Source: a virus. Taken from it: a stretch of 40,845 nucleotides of DNA. Position 1 is the stretch's first letter. The number at the start of each line of letters is the position of its first letter. Positions 31,315 to 38,708 of the stretch are shown here, one piece after another. The position numbers and the translations under genes were made by a program. A model generated the notes under the pieces. That model was not told the origin of the DNA. It did no database searches and saw only the letters and a program-made list of their open reading frames with translations. The stretch is taken from positions 1 through 40,845 of the IMG/VR virus record IMGVR_UViG_3300032272_000033; one strand, written 5' to 3'.

Positions 31315-32187
31315 ATGTCACCAGAAGAGAAGCACTGCGCTATACGCGTTCCTCGAGATATGACAGGAGCAAGCAGAGAGCAATTGTGCGACTATTTGAA
31401 AATGGAACTAATACGGGAGATGGGTGAGTATCTATTAACTATACCAAGAACGGACTGGCCTGGACAAACACTTGCAGCACCTGTTGAATACGTAGATCAA
31501 AATGCTAGAATAGGGTATACCCTTAATGAGTTCCTTGTGGGTGAGATGAAAGTAGATATCCAGAAAGCTCAATTGAGGCTTGAGAATGATCGTTATCTTT
31601 TTACAATGAAGCCTGACAGACATGGCGTTCCGTTTGAGGAAGCTGTTAATATCTTCTTCTACAACTTAGCAGAAAGTGGAAAGTCTAAGATAGATTTTAT
31701 AAAGACTAGCAGAAGGCTACTCAACCGAACGCCACCTCCTCCAGGCCTTCCTGACAGGTACAGAGGCCTCTCTATGGAAGAGCTTCATTATCTACGTCAA
31801 GGTAGTTATCATAGTGATCAAGAAGATCCTAGGATAGGTGCTATTCGTGACGCGGCTCGCTATGGAACAGGTTCTGCGAGATTTGAAGATAGCCGAAGGA
31901 GACTTGCAAACGCTGGTGGAAGACAGTATGGAAGATCTAGAAGATTAGATCAGTTTGTGGAAGCTTATATGTCACAAAGAACAGGGTACACTTACTTCAA
32001 CAACTGGATGCGAGTTACAGATAGTCCTGGTTGTGAACTTGCTGAATTCTATGAGAAGTGTATGAATAACTGCCATGTTTTGGGAGAGTTTAAGCTGATG
32101 CAGGAGCTAAGAGAAAAGAAAAAAGAACTAGGAAAGTGTAAAGTAGAGCACGTAGGATTTAACAAAAAAGGAGACATCAATGGATAA
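31315..32187 (+). CDS. Hypothetical protein, 290 aa
   Basis: Long ORF between the two helicases, with an Arg-rich central region. No motif recognised. Confidence 0.75.
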   Translation: MSPEEKHCAIRVPRDMTGASREQLCDYLKMELIREMGEYLLTIPRTDWPGQTLAAPVEYVDQNARIGYTLNEFLVGEMKVDIQKAQLRLENDRYLFTMKPDRHGVPFEEAVNIFFYNLAESGKSKIDFIKTSRRLLNRTPPPPGLPDRYRGLSMEELHYLRQGSYHSDQEDPRIGAIRDAARYGTGSARFEDSRRRLANAGGRQYGRSRRLDQFVEAYMSQRTGYTYFNNWMRVTDSPGCELAEFYEKCMNNCHVLGEFKLMQELREKKKELGKCKVEHVGFNKKGDING

Positions 32188-33622
32188 GAAAGTATACCCA
32201 TTTAAGACAGTGCCTTACGATCATCAGTTCGTCTGCTGGGACAGGTCGAAGGAAGAAGAGGCTTATGGCTTGTTTATGGATATGGGAACTGGTAAGTCTA
32301 AAGTAATGATAGACACATTTTCCTATCTATATGATGCAAGCAAGATAGATTGCGTTTTGATCCTAGCCGGAAAAGGATCCTATGCTGACTGGGTCGATGA
32401 GCACATCCCTATCCACATACCGAGCCACATAAAGTATAAGATACTTTTATGGGATTCAACGAAGGCAGGGAACAAGGGGTTTAAGCATGACTTTGATGAT
32501 ATTTGCAGGCCTTGCGATCAGTTGAGAATACTGGTAATGAACACAGAAGCTATGTCGGCTAAGAAACCTATCGACGCTGCATATCGTTTTGTCAGTGGTG
32601 CTAAGTGTATCATGGGCATAGACGAATCTACGATGATCAAGAACCACAAGGCTAAGAGAACTATAGCTTGTAAGAATATAGGTCTTCAAGCTCTGTATCG
32701 GCGAATCATGACTGGTAGACCTATTGTACAGAATCCTTTGGACGTCTTCGCTCAAATGGACTTCCTTGGCCAAGAGCTTCATGGCCACTCCACCTACTTC
32801 AGCTTCAGAGCCAGATATGCTATCATGGAAGACCAGCGCATCTCTAGAGATAGGATCATTAAAAAGGTGACAGGCTACCAAAGAGTAGATGAGCTTATAG
32901 AGATGATGAAGAAGTTCTCATTCCAGATCTATAAAGAGGATTGTTTGGATCTACCAGACAAAGTGTTTGAGACAATAAAGGTAGAGTTAACAGATGAACA
33001 ACAAAGCCTGTATGATGACATGCTAGGTTTAGCTGTTGCTGAGTATCAGGGAGAAGAGCTCACAGCTTCTAACGCCCTAGGAGTTCTGTTACGCATACAT
33101 CAAATCACATGTGGGATATTCCCTGTCATTGATGGCACAAACAAGCTGCTAGAGAATAACAAGATGGAAGCCCTGCTTAATGTCATAGAAGAGATGAACG
33201 GGAAGATAATCATTTGGGCAGGGTATAAAGACAACCTTCAGCAGATCGCCGAAGTCCTGAAAGAGAAGTATGGTTCTCATACGGTGGGAACTTACTACGG
33301 AGCGACACCGCGAGATGAGAGGAAGGTAAATATCCAGAGGTTTCAGGACCCCGACGATTCAATGCGTTTCTTTGTAGGGAGTCCCCAAACTGGAGCTTAT
33401 GGGATCACGTTAACGGAGGCCCAAAACGTGATCTATTATAGCAATAGTTTTAACCTAGAGCATCGGCTCCAGTCTGAGGACAGGGCACATCGAATAGGCC
33501 AAAAGAAAACAGTAACCTATGTCGACATTATTACAAAGAAGACCATAGATGAGAAAATTGTCATGGCTCTTAAGGCCAAGAAAACTCTATCTGATATGGT
33601 CCTCGACTGCTTGGGTGGCTAA
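32180..33622 (+). CDS. SNF2-family helicase/translocase, 480 aa
   Basis: Motif I DMGTGKS, motif II GIDESTMIKN, motif VI SEDRAHRIGQKKTV. Confidence 0.9.
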   Translation: MDKKVYPFKTVPYDHQFVCWDRSKEEEAYGLFMDMGTGKSKVMIDTFSYLYDASKIDCVLILAGKGSYADWVDEHIPIHIPSHIKYKILLWDSTKAGNKGFKHDFDDICRPCDQLRILVMNTEAMSAKKPIDAAYRFVSGAKCIMGIDESTMIKNHKAKRTIACKNIGLQALYRRIMTGRPIVQNPLDVFAQMDFLGQELHGHSTYFSFRARYAIMEDQRISRDRIIKKVTGYQRVDELIEMMKKFSFQIYKEDCLDLPDKVFETIKVELTDEQQSLYDDMLGLAVAEYQGEELTASNALGVLLRIHQITCGIFPVIDGTNKLLENNKMEALLNVIEEMNGKIIIWAGYKDNLQQIAEVLKEKYGSHTVGTYYGATPRDERKVNIQRFQDPDDSMRFFVGSPQTGAYGITLTEAQNVIYYSNSFNLEHRLQSEDRAHRIGQKKTVTYVDIITKKTIDEKIVMALKAKKTLSDMVLDCLGG

Positions 33623-34011
33623 TCCACTATCTCGAAATGAGCTAAATCATCCCAAGAATTATCACTTAGCTGAGTGTCACGATCCCAATCTCCGCCCCAG
33701 CGGAGAGTGACTCCTATCTCAGAAGCAATGCCTAGCATGATGCCTGCAAACAAGGTCATCCGTTCTCTATCAGACCAGTCAATAGGATAAGGAATAACAT
33801 CAATAGCCTTGGAAGGCTCTTCGTTATGTTCGCTATCAGGATATTGTAACTTACTTCTACCTGTATCAAACAGGTAATCCTGTTCTTCCTTTCCTCTACG
33901 ACCTGATATAACCTTGCAGTCCATAACCAATAATGCCTTAGACGTTATGACTTGGAGCCGCGTGTCACAGGTAAGCAAGCGCCGTTGCGAACTATTAGAG
34001 AACCTATTCAT
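33619..34011 (-). CDS. Endolysin, peptidase M15 (L-alanyl-D-glutamate peptidase, T5-type), 130 aa
   Basis: SEHNEEPSKAIDV (H...D), LRWGGDW and DDLAHFEIV (D..H) align with the T5 endolysin as I remember it. ATG 34011 matches the T5 N-terminus better than TTG 34035. Confidence 0.85.
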   Translation of the reverse strand: MNRFSNSSQRRLLTCDTRLQVITSKALLVMDCKVISGRRGKEEQDYLFDTGRSKLQYPDSEHNEEPSKAIDVIPYPIDWSDRERMTLFAGIMLGIASEIGVTLRWGGDWDRDTQLSDNSWDDLAHFEIVD

Positions 34012-34228
34012 GCTTAGGAATACCAACGCAATCAACCCCTGTTCCGTCAGGTTCGATCCAGGTTAATGGAGATCCACCGAGTTGAAGAGGGAGAGCTTTG
34101 GCTCCACCTTTCTTATCAGTGTAGGTACACTTCGACCAAGTACCATCATTAAAGTTTACTGGACTACCATCAGTAGTACAACCTGATAGCAGAACAAGGG
34201 TTATTAGTGTGAGGAGTGTTTTTTTCAA
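34004..34228 (-). CDS. Lipoprotein (o-spanin candidate), 74 aa
   Basis: Signal peptide plus lipobox in MKKTLLTLITLVLLSGC, in the lysis cassette. Its end overlaps the endolysin start. Confidence 0.7.
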   Translation of the reverse strand: MKKTLLTLITLVLLSGCTTDGSPVNFNDGTWSKCTYTDKKGGAKALPLQLGGSPLTWIEPDGTGVDCVGIPKHE

Positions 34229-34437
34229 AGTAATCCTTTCTTCTCTACCTTAGCGACACCGGCACGAAGAGTAGCTATACTCATCTCAGTCAGCAGTTCG
34301 TTAACGTTGAGATTGCTCCACATGTTAAGCAAGTCTTGCCACATAGAAGCGGTTGAGTCGCCAGTATAGGCCTGATACACTGTGTTGAACAGTGCAGCCC
34401 CGATGACGATGTAGGTTTTCAATCCAGGTAACAACAT
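34225..34437 (-). CDS. Small membrane protein (holin candidate), 70 aa
   Basis: Hydrophobic segment TYIVIGAALFNTVYQAY, in the lysis cassette. ATGA-type overlap with the lipoprotein gene. Confidence 0.45.
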   Translation of the reverse strand: MLLPGLKTYIVIGAALFNTVYQAYTGDSTASMWQDLLNMWSNLNVNELLTEMSIATLRAGVAKVEKKGLL

Positions 34438-34445
34438 AGTTCCTC

Positions 34446-34685
34446 CTAGTCTCTGTAGTTATTAAAGTAGTGATCCATCTTCTTTTCAACGCGAAGAACT
34501 GTGTCTTTCGTATCTTTGTGTCTAGAGGCTTCGGCTTCTTTGAATTCGATGAAAGCAGACTTATCTAGCTTGGCCTTCTCAACTGCATTAATTCTTTTGT
34601 GCACGCGCCCTGTGAGAACAGTCCATATTCCTAATATCGAAGCAAATAGAACCTGAATGATCCCCTTCGTTTCTACATCTGACAT
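34446..34685 (-). CDS. N-terminal TM plus charged helix protein (holin or i-spanin candidate), 79 aa
   Basis: IIQVLFASILGIWTVLTG is followed by a Lys/Glu-rich helical tail. It is the first gene after the tail fibre. Confidence 0.45.
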   Translation of the reverse strand: MSDVETKGIIQVLFASILGIWTVLTGRVHKRINAVEKAKLDKSAFIEFKEAEASRHKDTKDTVLRVEKKMDHYFNNYRD

Positions 34686-34697
34686 AACTCCCCTTTC

Positions 34698-36173
34698 TTA
34701 TGTCCAGTTAACATTGTACGATCCATTGTCAAAAACAGAAGTACCTGCGACAGTGGTAAGAAGAATCTGGTCTAATACACCTCCAGTAAGCCCCTTAAGT
34801 CCATTAAAAGAAACTAACGATATAAAAGTACCAAGAGGCCCTTCAAGATGACCGGTACCGTGAACAGACCAAAGAGTTCCACCTAGTCGAGTAAGAACAA
34901 TAGAAACTGTGAGAAAATTAGCTGCAGCTAGTGTATTAATAAGGTTGAATCCAACGGTGTTAAATACACCAGCGGCTGCAGCGGCCATACTGCCTCCCAA
35001 ACCAGAGTACCCTGTTACTTCAATACCACCAGAATCTCCTAGCTGAATAATAGGAACTGCTGCAACGTCAACACTAAGCTCTTGTATGTTGATAGTTATT
35101 TCATTTGGGTCTATAAAATTAGCCAGACCATCTTGATCAAGAGTGGTGGTGTCTATTATTACTTTAGAAGTTCCAGTCCCAACAGAAACTGAGCCACTTT
35201 GCAATATTCTACCGTTTCGTACAGGAGAACCGTCTGCTCTATAGTAGTCAACAACAAACTTGGTTGTCGTTTCAGCGTATACAATAAAGCGGTCGCCAAC
35301 AGCAGTCTGTATGTCACGAGCTCCAGGAAGCACTAGGTTTGCTCCGTGTGTCAGTTGAAATATACCGTTGGCTTGTATAACCCTATGCGCTCCAGCTTGT
35401 GGAGCAGGTTCGAATCCAGTTACTGTTGTAACTCCAGTCATGAACTGATAGTTGCCTTCGGCGGTTAACCATATATCAGGTGAAGCAGCACTAGCGACGT
35501 CAGCCCCCTTATCCATGTTAACAGGACCTGTGAGAGTGCCTCCAGCAAGAGGCAAATGGCCTACAAGCCTGTAGTCATTTACCAGCTTGATATCGTTATT
35601 AGCCACCATCTTATCTCTAACACCATCCGCGCTAGCAGGATTAACCCCTGATATTGTTTGCAGTGTAGGCGTTCCAAGAGCCAAGTCGCCCGCGCTATCA
35701 AATAAAAGAGCTTTGAGGGCTCGATCAGTAGCATTGGCTGACAACTGAACGGTACCAATATCTGTTACATCTGAGTTAAAGCCAAACATTCTAGATAGCT
35801 TTAAATCTAGCTGCTGGGATATCATGGCTTGAAGACTAAGAGCTCTCTCAGTAAGTACTGCAGGGAAACCTCCAGCAGCCAAATACCCTTGGGTTTGTGT
35901 TATAGGAACAATTCTCTCAATAATAATTGCTTCATTCGAGGATGGGATTGTGTTAAATGTAACTGTAGCAGATAGCTTGTCACCAGCAACTACAGCTGTG
36001 TAGTCGAATGGGTTGGCTCCGCCACGAACCTGAGTTGTTGCAACCTTTGTTGTCAGATCAAGTATCTTTACAACAAGATGCGTGTTAAGCTCTACTTGAT
36101 ACGGAAAGGTGTATGCATCTACTACACCGTTGCCCACGTCAAATATAATTGAATCAAGTGTTGATAACGTCAT
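34698..36173 (-). CDS. Tail fibre, 491 aa
   Basis: The N-terminal ~130 aa (FDVGNGVVDAYTFPYQVELNTHLVVKILD...IIIERIVPITQTQGYLAAGGFPA...ERALSLQAMISQQ) fits the conserved podoviral fibre attachment domain. The remainder is Gly/Thr/Val-rich. It sits after the internal virion genes. Confidence 0.7.
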   Translation of the reverse strand: MTLSTLDSIIFDVGNGVVDAYTFPYQVELNTHLVVKILDLTTKVATTQVRGGANPFDYTAVVAGDKLSATVTFNTIPSSNEAIIIERIVPITQTQGYLAAGGFPAVLTERALSLQAMISQQLDLKLSRMFGFNSDVTDIGTVQLSANATDRALKALLFDSAGDLALGTPTLQTISGVNPASADGVRDKMVANNDIKLVNDYRLVGHLPLAGGTLTGPVNMDKGADVASAASPDIWLTAEGNYQFMTGVTTVTGFEPAPQAGAHRVIQANGIFQLTHGANLVLPGARDIQTAVGDRFIVYAETTTKFVVDYYRADGSPVRNGRILQSGSVSVGTGTSKVIIDTTTLDQDGLANFIDPNEITINIQELSVDVAAVPIIQLGDSGGIEVTGYSGLGGSMAAAAAGVFNTVGFNLINTLAAANFLTVSIVLTRLGGTLWSVHGTGHLEGPLGTFISLVSFNGLKGLTGGVLDQILLTTVAGTSVFDNGSYNVNWT

Positions 36174-36182
36174 GTCAATCTC

Positions 36183-38708
36183 CTAATTAGGCGGAATGAA
36201 GTGTCTTTGCCCACGCTCTTGCGTTCTCTGTTCTAACCGATTTAAATACCCTGGATTCATTAACTCATTTAGGTTTGAAAGGAACAGATAGTCTAGAACC
36301 CACTTAGTGTAAAATAGGTTAGATCCAGGCATATTATTTGTTAGTAGTCTTACTGCTGATTTAGCTGGTTTCTCGTTCTGCTTAAATCGTGTAAACAACT
36401 CACCCACACTATCAAACTGCCCTACAGACGGGCCTACTAGTTGGCTTAAAAGAGAGGATCCGAACTGAGAGAATTCACCAAAAATAACATCGCCGTAGAT
36501 ACCTAGTCCTCCGCCCTGAGCCATAGCTCTTTGTATGTTTCTAACATTGAGAGGAGGAGGCGTTCTTCCTTTAACAGCTTCTTTCATCGTCATCGACATG
36601 TAGCCGAAAGTGAATAAACCAACCATGAGCTGAGACAGTCCCATTATATCAGACTTACCTGTTATAAGAGCTTTGATTGGGTTTAGGTTAGGGTCTTCCA
36701 CACCTCTAAGCACAGCTCTTCCAACAACCTTGTGGAGTAGAGTCAAAGGAAACGATTTAAACTGAGCCATTAGTCTAAGAGATTCTCCAAGTATACTACC
36801 AGGCCTTGTTCCTTGGTTTAGTGTTGCATGCTCAGAAGCACCTGGAACGGGTATGCCTGTGTCTGATAGATCCTGAAACATGGTTTGTACTTTGAGCGTT
36901 AGATCAAATCGAGCGTCCGCTATCTGATTGGCACTGGGTTCATTGATTCCGTCTTGGAATAATTTGGTTCTGAATACCTCATCAGGAAGAGCCTCAATCT
37001 TATCTGTAGTAATATACTTGCTGCCATTACCTGCGTCCCAAGCAGTGCTTCGGATTATGTTCCACTCTCTTTCGTTCACGTCGAATATCTTAAAGGTTTC
37101 TTGCAACTCCTTACCGACCTTGGACAGGGGTTTATCAGCACTCCCTGCTAAATGAGTGGAGACCAAGGTTACTAGTCCTGTCTTTTGTGAGTCATTCCAC
37201 CATGACATGAGATTTAGTTTAAAGAACTGTCGCTGAGTCCTCGACATAACCTGGTGGATACCATCACTTGAAGATATCCTCGATACGATGTCGCCAATAA
37301 TACCATCAAAGCCTGCACCAAGTGATCGAGATATTGCCTGGGTCTCTCCTGAAGACCTGCCTCTAACCATGCTCGTAAAACCATTCAAGTATCCTGTGAA
37401 AGGATTAACTCCAATCTCTCTCAAAGCACTGTGGACTTGTATAGGAATATCTGTTACAGAGGATAAAGTAGCCATGCCCAATTTAGATACTGTCTGCAGA
37501 AGTCTAACTCCTGAGAACACTCGAGCGGCTGTCAGGTGTTTAGGTATCCTGGTAGTGCCATCAAGCTCCGCCATAATGTTCTCAAGGCGATCTGATTTCA
37601 AAGCATCTGTTATCTTAGGCTCATCGATGAACTTATTCGTATACTTTTCTACAATCTTCCTCATCATTGCTTTAGGGTTAGTTCCCCAGTCTTGCAGCAA
37701 TACTGCTGATCTAGCTAAGTGATCCATTCCAAATACAACAAGCTCATGGGCTTGTGCTGAACCATATTTCTCATTATAGTTGTAGAAGGATTCACCGTCT
37801 TTAAAGTGTAGAGAATCTACCTTACTCAATCTCTTGGCTACGTTAGCAGAGCCTGTGAATCCTAGAGCTCCCTCTTGACTGACATCATCCAGCTTGTAGT
37901 GATTGCCAGACAGTAAGGATCGGTATATATCCTTGAGCATTTGTCGAGGATTATCTACATCAGCAAAGGTTTTATCTCCATCGAGCAAAGGAAGTATATC
38001 ATCATGCCATTGTTCAAAGGTGGCTCTTCTTATCTTGGTTTGATCGTGACCTACTCTACCAACATGCCCAGGCTTTTTGATAATGAAAGCCCCTGCGCGA
38101 TTGGCCAAATCAATCCCCTTGTTCTGGTATTTTGTAACAACCTCTGCCATCTTCCTAGCTGCCTCACTACCACTCTTACCTGGAACACCACCCGGCTTCA
38201 TCTCATAGAGCTCAATGAACATTTCTTTACCAAGTTTACCTCGAACGAACTCAGCGTAAACCCCTGCTTTTTCTAGGTCATTAAGCAGCCAGCCTTGGAA
38301 CTGTTGAGATAGTGCTTTGCCTTTAGAATCTGTAGATAGACGAGCACCTTGGAACGATCTTACTGTTCCAGTACCATAGGCATCAATACCTGCGGTTGGG
38401 TTATTATCGAAACGGTCTACATAGTTAGTGATATTGCGCTCAGCAGCTATGTTGACAAGCTCTGCTCTCTTTTTGATAAGACCAGCGAGCTTCTTCTCAT
38501 TAGTCTTCTTAGTGATGTACTTGAGCACAGCCTCTTGTAAATCATCAGGAGTCCATTTTGACGGAGTCCATCGATTCTTTACTGAGCGTATGTGGGCCTC
38601 CACACCGTCCATAAGATCTTGTGCATCTTTTTGTGATAAATTCTTATTGCCAGAGGCTCTTCGTATCTTTACTAAACAAGCTCCTGCATCCAACGTGCCC
38701 TTAGCCAT
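36183..38708 (-). CDS. Large internal virion/ejection protein, 841 aa
   Basis: Uninterrupted ORF whose start overlaps the upstream stop. C-terminal hydrophobic segments (MGLSQLMVGLFTFGYMSMTM). Position equivalent to T7 gp16. I did not recognise a transglycosylase motif. Confidence 0.5.
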   Translation of the reverse strand: MAKGTLDAGACLVKIRRASGNKNLSQKDAQDLMDGVEAHIRSVKNRWTPSKWTPDDLQEAVLKYITKKTNEKKLAGLIKKRAELVNIAAERNITNYVDRFDNNPTAGIDAYGTGTVRSFQGARLSTDSKGKALSQQFQGWLLNDLEKAGVYAEFVRGKLGKEMFIELYEMKPGGVPGKSGSEAARKMAEVVTKYQNKGIDLANRAGAFIIKKPGHVGRVGHDQTKIRRATFEQWHDDILPLLDGDKTFADVDNPRQMLKDIYRSLLSGNHYKLDDVSQEGALGFTGSANVAKRLSKVDSLHFKDGESFYNYNEKYGSAQAHELVVFGMDHLARSAVLLQDWGTNPKAMMRKIVEKYTNKFIDEPKITDALKSDRLENIMAELDGTTRIPKHLTAARVFSGVRLLQTVSKLGMATLSSVTDIPIQVHSALREIGVNPFTGYLNGFTSMVRGRSSGETQAISRSLGAGFDGIIGDIVSRISSSDGIHQVMSRTQRQFFKLNLMSWWNDSQKTGLVTLVSTHLAGSADKPLSKVGKELQETFKIFDVNEREWNIIRSTAWDAGNGSKYITTDKIEALPDEVFRTKLFQDGINEPSANQIADARFDLTLKVQTMFQDLSDTGIPVPGASEHATLNQGTRPGSILGESLRLMAQFKSFPLTLLHKVVGRAVLRGVEDPNLNPIKALITGKSDIMGLSQLMVGLFTFGYMSMTMKEAVKGRTPPPLNVRNIQRAMAQGGGLGIYGDVIFGEFSQFGSSLLSQLVGPSVGQFDSVGELFTRFKQNEKPAKSAVRLLTNNMPGSNLFYTKWVLDYLFLSNLNELMNPGYLNRLEQRTQERGQRHFIPPN

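Noticed and set aside
34698-36173. Diversity-generating retroelement acting on the tail fibre (thought of because the capsid layout recalls BPP-1)
   Set aside because: No reverse transcriptase ORF exists anywhere in the genome. I saw no second copy of the fibre 3' end that could serve as a template repeat.
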